A DNA stretch of 63,543 bases, counting the filler, from Octopus bimaculoides (Eukaryota): the NCBI RefSeq assembly GCF_001194135.2. It is 6 parts of 6 records of this genome, joined end to end, with 100 filler letters (N's around TTAATTAATTAA, not from the genome) between each part and the next. Parts side by side here need not be neighbours in the genome. Positions count along the whole stretch, not along the records: positions 1 to 7,147 come from NC_069007.1; positions 7,248 to 15,355 come from NC_068985.1; 4 more parts are not named here. One strand, given 5' to 3'. The translations under genes and the position numbers were made by a program. Shown here piece by piece: positions 1 through 11,330 of the stretch; the stretch's first letter is position 1, and each line of letters begins with the position of its first letter. The notes under the pieces are model-generated. The model searched no databases and was not told where the DNA came from. It worked only from the letters and a program-made list of their open reading frames with translations.

Positions 1-340
1 CTATTGTCATAGGTGCCCTGGGAATGACAACGAAACGTGCTGATTACTACCTAGCTCAGATACCAGGAAACCCCAAAATGGCTGAAGTTCAAAAGATAGT
101 GCTCATGGGAACTGCCCATATCCTACGTAAAATACTGTCTATGTGGTCTCAAATTTTAAAACAAACACATAATTTTCTTATGGTTTCTTAAACATTCTCT
201 AGAACAACACTATGTACAAATCCAAATATATGGTACCCTAGGTATAACACCTACATGAACTTCTAACTTGTTGTCTCTTGAGGTCTCTGGGTGAGACTTG
301 GATCTAACTTGTACAAATGCAAAACAAAAGTGAAACATAA
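1..340 (+). mobile_element. 3' end of a Dong/R4-like REL-endonuclease non-LTR retrotransposon, cut by the window edge and followed by (TAA)n at 341-361
   Basis: The frame from nt 3 reads IVIGALGMTTKRADYYLAQIPGNPKMAEVQKIVLMGTAHILRKILS, the PVVIGALG...QK..LLGTA.ILRK terminus shared with the other copies here. A 3' UTR and TAA tail follow. Confidence 0.8.
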
Positions 341-492
341 AATAATAATAATAATAATAATGACCTCTGCCGATCAAAGTCACAACCCACATCTAAGTCT
401 TAAGTGTATATATATATGGGCAACACACACACACACTAAATAAAAAAAATGTTAGTAAGTAAAAGTGTTTTAAAAAAGATTGGTAAATTTTC

Positions 493-586
493 AGATTAAC
501 ACCGGCACGATTTTCACTACACTGTTAGAGTTAGGGTTTTATGGTCAGGGTTAGGGTTAGGTAGGTAATCGTGCGGGTGTTAATCT
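493..586. repeat. Hairpin with ~20-bp arms enclosing TTAGGG-like repeats (small foldback/MITE-like module)
   Basis: agattaacaccggcacgatt (493-512) is a near-perfect reverse complement of aatcgtgcgggtgttaatct (ending 586). The loop contains ttagagttaggg and cagggttagggttagg. Confidence 0.7.
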
Positions 587-1221
587 CAAGATTTACGAAA
601 AGATTTTCCAAAAAAATCACAGTTTGTAGGGAATAAATGTTTGTCGATGGTATTTGAAAAAGATGTGTGGCTATTTTTTTTTTGTTATTATCATGGTGAA
701 GGACGAGTTAGAAATAACTTACAATTCCCGCCAATTAGAATGAGGTATGTATGTATATATGAATGTAGTATGAAAATGAAACCATTAAAGTGAAACTAAC
801 TGTCATTACACTATCAAAATGTGATTGTTTCAGTTTTGATACTGAAATAGTTTTCTTTTACTCTCAGTGTTTCTCCTTCCTTTCTTTTTGTATTTGTTGT
901 TGGATTGTTCGTAAAGGTTCATAAGAGAAAGTAGGAGTTGAAAGGATTTGTAAAGGTAGTAGAAAGAGGAAATTAGATTTTATTAGGGGGGAAAATGTTT
1001 ATTTGTGTAGTTTTATGGATTTTATTCGTTATTAGGAGTTATTTTGAGTGAAAAAATGATGCAGTGACCTAACTAATTGTATTTAGAATATTAATTACGA
1101 TTCTTTAATCCAAGAAATTTGGAATTGTGTAAATGTATGAATTTTAAACACACACACAGAGGAAATCTGCCTTTTATAGATAAGATTGCTATGTGGATAA
1201 AAATAAACCTTTTCTATAATG

Positions 1222-2335
1222 TTATTCAATGAAGCCACCTTCAGCTTCAACAACTGCTTCTATACGAGATCTAAATCATCTCCATGCTCGAATCAAGTGG
1301 TCCTGGTTCTTGGACATTACTCTGACTATGGCAGCTTTCAGAGTATCTTTGATGTTATGGGCATGTTCATTGACCGCTCTCTCTCAATGATTCTCCACAT
1401 GTAATATAGTCCAATGGATAGAGATCTGGGGAATTAGGAGGCCAAATGTTAGGGGTTATGTGATCATGAAAATTTTCAACAATCCATTTCTGTGTTATTA
1501 GAGCCATGCATGATAGTGCAGAGTCTTAGTGAAACAAATATGGCTTTCTATTGCATACACTGTCTATCCAGGGCTTAACAATTGTTTCCGGGACCTCAAT
1601 GTAGGCGACAGAGTTAACTCTAAGGCCTTGTGGAAAGAAGTAAGGAGGCATCACATGTCCTTCATTGCTGACAACGGCTAAAACCATGACAGTTGCAAGA
1701 AATTTTGTGTGCATAACACTTGGGACTTCAGAAGGGTCTGCACATAATCATTTGTCATTTCTTCTGTTAACTTTTTGATCTTGATCGAAGTTTTCTCATT
1801 TGAGAAAAACCAATTCAAATCTTCACCTGCTGGATTTTTCAACTTGTTTAAGAGCCTTTTAGATCTGATGTAGTGATTTTCTTTTGCTTTTTCTGACAAA
1901 TTGACCTTTCCTCATCATATAAAACATATCTGATGTCTTTGTGGACAACATTGCTGACTGCTTCTTATGACACATGGAGATCTTTTGCAATTGGCCTCAT
2001 GGATTTTCTGGGATTGTAATCGATGACCTGTTGAACTTGCTGGATAAATTCAGTTGTTCTGATGTTTTCAGAGCATTTAGAATGCTTTTTATGCTCTGAT
2101 ACTGGTGATACGTTTCCATCTTCAGTCTCTGGCTCCTTACAAACTTTTAAAAATTGAAATATTTCTAAATCGCTATGCTCAGCCTTTATAACCACAATAA
2201 CAGAATGCCTCTTCATTTCTTGAGTAAGATGAGGATCTGCCATTATTATTTTCTGAAACAAAGATTATACAGAGATAGCAAAAAATGCAGCAATGACCCA
2301 AAAAAGGTATGTCCTCAAATAACTTACACACCCTG
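1222..2335 (-). mobile_element. Decayed Tc1/mariner-superfamily transposon, maT-type (DD37D) transposase pseudogene
   Basis: Consecutive minus-strand ORF pieces: HTH region (NPRKSMRPIAKDLHVS), WFFS[N]EK (D1 mutated), VMVLAVVSNEGHVMPP, YLFH*DSA (D2), WPPNSPDLYPLDY (D3, 37 residues after D2 by hand count), and C-terminus RSRIEAVVEAEGGFIE*. One TIR end, TA|CAGGGTGT, lies at 2335-2337; the other TIR is not recognisable. Confidence 0.9.
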
Positions 2336-3199
2336 TATACAGAGAAGGGGGGAAGCAGGGGAGGGAAAGTAGNNNNNNNNNNNNNNNNNNNNNNNNNNNN
2401 NNNNNNNNNNNNNNNNNNNNNNNNNNNNNNNNNNNNNNNNNNNNNNNNNNNNNNNNNNNNNNNNNNNNNNNNNNNNNNNNNNNNNNNNNNNNNNNNNNNN
2501 NNNNNNNNNNNNNNNNNNNNNNNNNNNNNNNNNNNNNNNNNNNNNNNNNNNNNNNNNNNNNNNNNNNNNNNNNNNNNNNNNNNNNNNNNNNNNNNNNNNN
2601 NNNNNNNNNNNNNNNNNNNNNNNNNNNNNNNNNNNNNNNNNNNNNNNNNNNNNNNNNNNNNNNNNNNNNNNNNNNNNNNNNNNNNNNNNNNNNNNNNNNN
2701 NNNNNNNNNNNNNNNNNNNNNNNNNNNNNNNNNNNNNNNNNNNNNNNNNNNNNNNNNNNNNNNNNNNNNNNNNNNNNNNNNNNNNNNNNNNNNNNNNNNN
2801 NNNNNNNNNNNNNNNNNNNNNNNNNNNNNNNNNNNNNNNNNNNNNNNNNNNNNNNNNNNNNNNNNNNNNNNNNNNNNNNNNNNNNNNNNNNNNNNNNNNN
2901 NNNNNNNNNNNNNNNNNNNNNNNNNNNNNNNNNNNNNNNNNNNNNNNNNNNNNNNNNNNNNNNNNNNNNNNNNNNNNNNNNNNNNNNNNNNNNNNNNNNN
3001 NNNNNNNNNNNNNNNNNNNNNNNNNNNNNNNNNNNNNNNNNNNNNNNNNNNNNNNNNNNNNNNNNNNNNNNNNNNNNNNNNNNNNNNNNNNNNNNNNNNN
3101 NNNNNNNNNNNNNNNNNNNNNNNNNNNNNNNNNNNNNNNNNNNNNNNNNNNNNNATTTACTTGTCTCTAGGCTAAACCGATAATAACCATTCCCAGTTC

Positions 3200-3510
3200 T
3201 GTACTTTATTTATGAATGCATTTTCAATAATACACGGTTAACAAAAACTTATTTTAAGCTTACAAACAAATAATTTTTATTTTTTAATACAGTAAAAAAA
3301 AATGTAATCTAAATTTATGAATACAATTTGTTAGTGTTTGCTGTACATCGTGGATGCTTTATTTATGAATGCGGTTTGCAATAAAATACGGTAAAATAAA
3401 AGCCTTTTTTAAGCTTAAAAAACAAATTCAGTAATTATTATTATTTCACAAAAGTGAAAAAAACTTAATTATTTTAAATTTACCAATACGTACATACAAT
3501 TTGGTGATTT
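3200..3510. repeat. Two diverged tandem units of ~153 bp
   Basis: tttatttatgaatgc...ttttaagctt...aaacaaat recurs at 3205 and 3358, with further colinear matches (taaattt...atacaatttg). Confidence 0.55.
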
Positions 3511-3775
3511 AGTGATTTCATGATTTTGTTCACTAAGCTACACTACTTTATGGTGTGTATCTTAACATTTACTGTACGTATTTTAACATGATTTTATTCT
3601 TATTTATTGTACAGTAACACAATTTTATGTGCTTTTAACAGTTTTCTAGTGATTTTACGATTCCAATGTAAAGTTGAGTTAAATGACTTAACTTGATTTT
3701 TATTTTTCCATATATTATTTTTGAAAACTGATGTATTATCAAGAATGACTTAAATCAAAACGACTTAAGCCAAGG

Positions 3776-3833
<58 letters not shown>

Positions 3834-3884
3834 TATGTATTCATTTGCAAGATTCTTGATGTGAACTCGTGTGTTGAAACAGTT

Positions 3885-4093
3885 ATTGTTGTATTTGGGG
3901 ATGGTGACGTTGCCAGTTTAGCCAATGAAAACACACGTACCATATATTTGGTGTTAATTTGCTTCAGCTTTATTTCATATTAATTGTATTTGTATTAATA
4001 TGAAATAAAGGTGAAGCAAGTGAACACCAAATATACGGTGCATGTGTTTTCATTGGCTAAATTAGCAACATGACAGTCCCCAAATACAACAAT
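3885..4093. repeat. ~210-bp imperfect palindrome (100-bp arms, 9-nt loop)
   Basis: attgttgtatttgggga...tatttcatattaat (3885-3984) pairs with attaatatgaaata...tccccaaatacaacaat (3994-4093) with no net indel. Confidence 0.9.
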
Positions 4094-5678
4094 ATATATA
4101 TACAAATATTCTACAATTATAATCAGGGGTCAGTTAATTGCTTCACCACGCACCAAATTTAGAAATAGGCATCAAAATGCCTTTTCTGCTACCATAAAGA
4201 TCTCCCAGACAGTAACACATTTTTTTATGTAGGCAAAAAGAAAAAATAACGAATCCACACCACTCAGATTAGCTATATACTTTAATCTCGAAACACATAT
4301 GTATATTTGCCAAATAGATCCTGGCGAGCATTGACAACAGGTTGTAGATTAGGGGCTTGAACCCTAGTGCAGTTAGTAAACCTTGTCATTTTGGCCTTTC
4401 AATAGCTTAATACTGATAGGGGTCGCATACTCCTCCTGTAGATTGTATTTCCTCATTAGCAGAGACAGGATCTCTTATGGTGAAGCAGAAATTGTGTGGA
4501 CCCAATGAATCTGTTGAAGCTGGCATCCACAATTCAAGGCTGGGATTTTTTACCGTTGTAGTTTATTTATTCAAGGTAAGTTTTGTCCAGGACTGTTTAT
4601 TTTTATATTCACAGGTAACCTTCATACCTGAAGGCCTTTTCCCTATCCGCCACCTGGGTACACAGTAGATGGAAGCTTTCACCAGGGGCTGTCAGAAGAT
4701 GGCTCGACTCAGTCCTCCCCACCAACTGCCTTAGGGGCCCCCCTCCAGATTTTCTGTAAGAGTTTACTCTCTTAACCTTTCACACACTCGTGCGTATAAA
4801 CAGAAAGTATCTCTACACTATATGATATGTCTAACTTGTATGCTAGAAAATATGGTATTCATCTGACCCATGCTAACATAAAAAAACAGACTGCAAACGA
4901 AAAAACAAAGTAACATACTCCGTTTCTGGAGTTCCCTCTCGATATTTTTCAGGAGTTGAACAGAGTGTCGGCGCTCAGAGAAAATAACGCTCTCGCTCAG
5001 AAAATCTTTGTGATTTGGTGGCTCTTCAAGTATCATATGCCAGACACAGTCGAAGGAACCAACCTGTTAATAAACATAATTCAAAGGAATAGAGTACTTG
5101 CTTGCTCACAGAAATTACTCAGAGACGCCATCTGCATAAAAAAATAACAGTTAAGTTATAATTAACTTCTTTGCTTTTTTTTTGTTTTAACTGGTACTAG
5201 ACAGCTTAAAATGTGTGCCCACCTCTGCTGTCTTCGATAGTTTCTTTACATTTTTTTTTTCCTTCTGACATGCTAAATGAGAATTGTTTGCTTGTACTTA
5301 ACCCAAGAACATCTATTTCTTAGCAGAAAGGGACACTGCAAACAGGGCCCTCTCATTATACATTCACAATGTTATGTGAACAATTCAGAGAGGGCGTGGG
5401 TGGGAGAGGAAGAGAGAGAGGTGGAAAGGGAGACACGAAGAGAGAGGGAGAGAGGGAGAAGGTTTGAGCAAGGGGGTAGCAGCTTCTTACAGCACATCAC
5501 AAACAGATATGTCATTGGAACCAACACCATTAGGATCAAGTACAGCAAGGAAAGGAGGTGAATACATATATATATATATATATATATATAGTCTGGTGTG
5601 ATGATTCGAAAGCACAACACCTAATAATGCAATGGTATATCTTTTCTACCTCTCTGTTGAGATTTTGCCAAGTAGCTA

Positions 5679-5853
5679 GGCGCAGGAGTGGCTGTGTGGT
5701 AAGTAGTTTGCTTACCGACCACATGGTTGCAGGTTCATTCCCACTGCATGGCACCTTGGGCAAGTGTCTTCTACTATAGTCTCGGGCCGACCAAAGCCTT
5801 GTGAGTGGATTTGGTAGATGGAAACTGAAAGAAGCCCATCGTATATATGTGTG

Positions 5854-5894
<41 letters not shown>

Positions 5895-6128
5895 GTATGT
5901 ATGTGTGTGTGCTTGTGTATATCTTTGTGTGTCTGTGTTTGTCCCCCCAACATCGCTTGACAACCGATGCTGGTGTGTTTACGTCCCCGTAACTTAGCGG
6001 TTCGGCAAAAGTGATCAATAGAATAAGTACTAAGCTTCCAAAGAATAAGTCCTGGGGGCGATTTGCTCAACTAAAGGTAGTGCTCCCACATGGCCATAGT
6101 CAAACGACCGAAAAGAGTAAAAGAGTAA
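5679..6128 (+). mobile_element. Full-length tRNA-derived SINE (family 1) with an internal (TA)n/(TG)n microsatellite
   Basis: tRNA-like head (TGGCTGTGTGGTAAG A-box-like; GGTTC B-box-like), conserved body, and tail gactgaaacaagtaaaaga-type, colinear with the copies at 61893, 54826 and 11052. Octopus tRNA-SINEs (OK/OR1/OR2) are known; the exact family is not verified. Confidence 0.85.
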
Positions 6129-7272
6129 TATTATAAATGTAATTATGCTATTTAATCTTCTTGGCATAATTGAAACAGTTGCAAGATTTTTGCAGATAAT
6201 AAATTATATTAATGGCATATCTCCATTTCCTTAATATTTTTTTTAATATGCATAAACCAAGATTTATTTTTAAACCTATTATTTTATGAATGTTATTCAC
6301 AAAAAAAAAATATTAGATAATGAACAAGTAATTAATTGGATATTACTATCCTTTAATGAGGCTATTTTAACCTCTAATTGAATATATACCCAGCAATTTC
6401 TTAAAAAGTTGTCTGCATATATACGCTGAGATCTAAAAGGTTTTTTATGTAGATGTCTGTATAGTAACAATGCTTACGTATTCGTATGTGTGCGTCTATG
6501 CTTACGTATAGAGCCTAGGTTTACACTTGTGCATATACAGTTATAATTTCGTGTGTGTGCGTTTTTGTGTATACATGGGTAAGAGTATATGCTTATATTT
6601 ATTTACACATACATGCATCTATTCGCGTGTGTGCATCTATGTTATATATGGGAATGTGCGCTCAAGTCCACGCTCACACATACTTGAATGTGTGCATACG
6701 CATGTATACGGTTATGTTTGTGAGTATTTACGTACATATCCCCATATATATCTATATACGTGATGCTAATATACATTTTTGTATACACATATATACGCAG
6801 TCTAATTTTTGTGTTGGTTTACTATATACGTTAAACTACCGTCTCTTTCTCTACTTCTTTCTTCCCACTCCCACCTTTCTCTTTTTTCTTCCTTTCTGTC
6901 TTTCTTTCTTTCTTTCTCTCTTTCTTTCTTCCTTTCCTTCCTCACGATAGCCACACTTTCTCCCTTTCTATATTAGTAACGTTATTATCGATATGTTACC
7001 CTTTCCCCCTCTACTTCATAGGTTAAGATACAATTTTTGTTACCAGCGCATAAGTTTTTTCGTGCGCGAGCTTAAATGCATGTGTATGTGTATGGGGTTA
7101 AATAACAAACATTATATGAATGCACATTGGTGTAACAAGCTGCACTTNNNNNNNNNNNNNNNNNNNNNNNNNNNNNNNNNNNNNNNNNNNNTTAATTAAT
7201 TAANNNNNNNNNNNNNNNNNNNNNNNNNNNNNNNNNNNNNNNNNNNNATATATATATATATATATATATATA

Positions 7273-7625
7273 AAGTAATGTCCAGCGACTGTGTGTCGCT
7301 TGAATTTCTATATGTTGCGAGCAGAGGCTAGCTACTGTCATCTCTGGGGGACAAGATGTCCAGTACTGAAGAGAGGCAGAAATAGCCCGAAACCAAACTG
7401 GTATGCTGGTCCCGTCGTTAGAGTGTGGTAGGGGTTCGTTTCCCTGCTCACAGTATATCGGATGCAGCTGTGCATCGTTAACCAGTTAGAGGAGATGTCC
7501 TTTTTGGGTTAAAAAATCGTAGTAAATTCGCTCCAACGGAACAGCCATGCTGAAGTGGCTACGAGCATTACATGCCAGTACAACTGCGATCATCTCATAG
7601 AGAGATTTTAGAACTAGCATTTTAG
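7273..7625 (+). mobile_element. Structured non-coding unit carrying the hammerhead (retrozyme-like candidate), ending in a SINE-related segment
   Basis: GC-richer island between (TA)n tracts. Hairpins gcgac/gtcgc (7285-7299) and gatgca/tgcatc (~7461-7476). 7533-7570 matches caacggaacagc...aagtggct in the SINE at 21.6 kb. Confidence 0.45.
7348..7413 (+). ncRNA. Type I hammerhead ribozyme, structurally complete; predicted cleavage 3' of A7403 (GUA)
   Basis: Core CUGAAGA 7366-7372 and GAAA 7389-7392. Stem II: G7373-C7388 plus GGC/GCC, with a 7-nt loop. Stem III: A-CCA/UGG-U, loop AAC, triplet GUA. Stem I: CAGUA/UGCUG, an 8-nt 5' bulge, then GGGAC/GUCCC. Confidence 0.85.
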
Positions 7626-7629
7626 CTTA

Positions 7630-7773
7630 TATATATATACATACATATATACGTCGGGCTTCTTTCAGTTTCTTTTCAGTTTCTGGCCCGAGGCTACAGT
7701 AGAAGGCACTTAACCAATGGGCCACGGAGTGGGACTGAACCTGAAACCATCTAGTTGGGTGCAAGTTTCTTAC

Positions 7774-7775
<2 letters not shown>
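7630..7775 (-). mobile_element. SINE family 1, 5' half with internal deletion
   Basis: Reverse complement matches the head and body of 5679-5840 (gtaagaaacttgc...ggttcagtcccact...ctactgtagcctcgggcc...gaaactgaaagaagccc). Confidence 0.75.
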
Positions 7776-7823
<48 letters not shown>

Positions 7824-8049
7824 ACAGGAAGGGCAACAAAAGAAAGAAAAAGACCTCGATATTATGCAAAGAAATTTATCTGTAAAAATATGTGACACTT
7901 ATTCCAGTGAATTTTTTTTTTCACCGGAATTTTCAATTGGCCGGATAACTGAAGAGATGTTGGCGTGGGCTCCCTCCCTGGCATCCGAAACTCGGAGTTT
8001 TATCATAGCTACTGAATAAGTGTCACATATTTTTACAGATATATATATA

Positions 8050-8180
8050 TATGCAACGGGTTTCTTTCGATTCGCATCTCTCAAATCCACTCAGAAGGAT
8101 TTGATCGGCCCGGGAGTATGGTAGAAGACACTCGCTCACGCAATAGGACTGAACCCAGCAAGCAAACTTTCAACTCACAG
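8050..8180 (-). mobile_element. SINE family 1, degenerate 5' half
   Basis: aaatccactcagaagg...ggcccggg...tagaagacact...ggactgaaccc matches the family-1 body in reverse. Confidence 0.7.
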
Positions 8181-8236
<56 letters not shown>

Positions 8237-8965
8237 TACATACATACATACATACACACACACATACACCGTTTATTTTTCTTCATTTTACTTCTTGGAA
8301 GAATATTATACGTATGAATAACGATGTGGTTAAGAAGTTCAGTTATAATGTGGGTCTGAGTTCGATACCCAAAATTTCAGGCCTTGTGCCATTTGTAGAA
8401 AAGATTATTATTAATATTATTGTGCTATTGTTGTTGTAATTGGGTTTGTTTATCATAATTGAGCAATATAACATATGTTTATGAATTATAGTCTATGATA
8501 AATTATTACTTAAATGTGTTCTGCAAATTGTATTTGTGTGAGTAGTCGCTATATTTTCTCTCATAAATGTCATCTCTGAAGAGCGCAGGGTTAAATAATC
8601 GAGTTGTTATCAAACACCGCATTGAACTCCTAATGCGAAATTACAATTCTGTAAATAATAATGATAATAACAATAATATTTTATAAGCTTAACACTTATA
8701 AGCGAACACCATGCACTGACTAAGGTGCCCCAGTTTGTTTAAAACAGAACGAATTACTGACCAGATGGCAAATCGTTTAAAAAACAATAAGAGAAATAAT
8801 GAATGTACCCAGTGTATAATGAAAAGATAATGAGAAAATATACAGTTACCAGTGGTTTTAATGATAGCTCAAGAAATACGATACAGTTAAGCAAAGCGTT
8901 TTATCACAGTATGGAATAGAATTACTGAAAAGGCGATTTACGCTTTAAAAAAATTAATAATAACA

Positions 8966-9015
<50 letters not shown>

Positions 9016-9377
9016 AATGATAATAATAATAATACAATCAAACCTACTGTAAAGAAACTAGATCAAATATGTAACTGTAAAAAATGGAAATACATACAAA
9101 TGATGGTGATAAGGAATTTGTGTAAAATGGAAGGAATGCGGGTAATTAAAATAGGAAAAAAGTCGTAACGGAGAATGTAAAAATCTGACTTGGCTTTCCT
9201 GAATTACGGAAACGAACAAATGAATACTTTTTAAAAAATGTAAATCATGCACACCCTGCATATATATATATGTACATAGGCAGGTAGGGTTAGACATGTT
9301 CAGATGAATCAGACGAACATAACCCACCCGGCAGCTCTCTTTTAAATATAATTATCACATTTTTGGGGGGTACATTT

Positions 9378-9712
9378 TACTCATTTCAATCATTGGATTG
9401 CGGCCGTGCTGGCGTACGACCTTCAACAGTTTAGTCGAACAAATCGATCCCAGTACTTATAGAGGTTTTTTTCTCTTTCGTTTTTAAGTCTGGTACTTAT
9501 TCTTATGTGTGAAAGTTTGTCCCCCAACCCACAGCTTGACAAACGCTGTTGGTTTGTCTACGTCCTTGTAACTTAGCGTTCGGCAAAAGAGGCCAAGAAA
9601 ATACGTACCAGACTTTAAAACAAATATGTACACGGGTCGATTTGTTCGACTAGATCCCTTCAGGGCAGTGCTCCAGCATGACCGCAGTCCAATGACTGAA
9701 ACAAGCAAAAGA
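9378..9712. mobile_element. Two SINE family-1 3' halves in inverted orientation (9378-9505 minus, 9505-9712 plus)
   Basis: Left arm tttcaatcattggattgcggccgtgctgg...tagtcgaacaaatcga is reverse-complementary to tcgatttgttcgacta...ccagcatgaccgcagtccaatgactgaaa on the right. Confidence 0.8.
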
Positions 9713-10609
9713 TTTTTTTTTTGTACTATCAGAATATCCAGTATTCAAAACACAGAGATTCAGATAGTTTTGAAAATAAATAAATTGATTAATCAATTAA
9801 TTAATTAATTAATTAATTAATTAACGGAAAAAAACGCATTGGAGGGGCGATGCATACCCTGCGCACAGATAATTATTTTTTGCAAATTATAGTGTGGCTT
9901 ACAATGCTTTTTAATTGAGCTGAATTAAGCTTTGTAAGTGTTTGACTAAAAGATTTGAAGCCTAAGTAGTTGACAGTTAAAAGTAGACTTGATCGATGTC
10001 TGCGCCAAACGCATATGAGTAAAATTTGCATATGACTAAATAAATGATTATTCAAATAATAATCATGATTAGGAAAAAGAAAGTGAACAAAATGAAATAC
10101 TTATAGAAAATATTGCATAGTATTTGAGAAGTGTTTTCAACGTCTCTCAATGATGGCAGGTGAATCAAACGTACTGTAGTTCGTTGTAGGATATAAATAA
10201 TATGACCTCTTGCTAATGGGAAAATTTATAAGTTCGATTTTTTTTATTATCTTTTTTTTTCTAAATATCACCATTATATGTATTTATACTCAGGTGAAAT
10301 TAAGAAATCAAGTTACAAATAAAATAAACCCACTGTACACACACACAGTCGCATATCTGTCAGTATGTATGTATGTATGTATGTATGTATGTATATCTGT
10401 ATGTATGTATGTATGTATGTATATCTGTATGTATGTATGTATGTATGTATGCAAAGGCACACCATGATCTATATACACACGCAGACGAGGGTCAAATCAA
10501 ATTATATATATATATTTATATTGTGCACTGTTCCTTGATGGTAAGATCAGCAAAAAAAAGCTCCATCTGGTGAGAGATAAATAGTATCTAATAGACATAA
10601 TATATGTTT

Positions 10610-10904
10610 TATGTGCTAGTAATAGATTCTTGTGGTGAGAAAATGCCAAAACGATGCATAACCTGCGTGCACATAAATTCTTTTTCGCAAAATATTTCCA
10701 GCCAAAACATTTTGATTCACCCGTCCACCAGTTTTGAAGATAATCAAACTAGATTCTCATCATTTCGAGCTACTCACCCATTGAGTATTGCTGCTAAATT
10801 TAGAGAAAACCCGTTCGGCCGTTTTCCAGTTATTTTGCAAACACACAGGCAAACAGACGAATGACTACAATACCCTGCTTTCGCTTACACGCGCAGGGTA
10901 ATAA
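10610..10904 (-). mobile_element. DINE-1/Helentron-associated (HINE)-like non-autonomous element
   Basis: Minus strand begins ttattaccctgc...gcagggta (hairpin at 10871-10900), then a GTCY-like tract (cgtctgtttgcctgtgtgtttg) and ccgaacgggttttctctaaattt, the layout typical of DINE-1/HINEs. The 3' boundary is approximate. Confidence 0.55.
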
Positions 10905-11051
10905 ACACATTACCTACTTTGAAGTATTTGCTCCGGTGATTAAAGAAAGCCATATCAAATTTTGCATTCCCCATTACAACACTTACTGCATATTTACTGT
11001 GGTTAAGATTAGTAAAATTTATGGTAAATTTAACGAAAGTTTATTATTATT

Positions 11052-11330
11052 AGACGCAGACGTGGCAGTCTGTGAAGAAACTTGCTTCCCAACAAATGGG
11101 CTCCGGGATCAGTTCCACTACATGTGTGTGTGCCTTTAAGTTTGTCCTCCACCACCGTTTAACAACCGGCGTTGATGTGTTTACGTCCCCGTAACTTATC
11201 GGTTCGACAAAAAGTGAGCGTCAGAATAAGCACAAGGCTTCAAAAATAAAAATAAGTCATGGAGTCGATTCATTCGACTACAAATTTCTTCAAGCATGAC
11301 CGCAGTATAATGACTGAAATAGGTAAAAGA
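11052..11330 (+). mobile_element. SINE family 1 with internal deletion
   Basis: Head (gtggcagtctgtgaagaaacttgcttcccaac) is joined directly to the 3' half (gtgtttacgtccccgtaact...gactgaaataggtaaaaga). Confidence 0.8.

Noticed and set aside
800-1100. Possible hAT transposase C-terminus on minus (LQIL..., KQSH)
   Set aside because: It needs several frameshifts and the similarity is too weak to support by eye.
7192-7203. TTAATTAATTAA centred in N-runs, repeated at 15400, 33486, 59755 and 61264
   Set aside because: The identical 12-mer always sits between N blocks and gives stops in all six frames; it is a scaffolding linker, not biology.
8570-8660. CTGAAGA...GCGAAA hammerhead-like core
   Set aside because: Stem II is only 3 bp with a very long loop, U16.1 is missing and there is no stem I.
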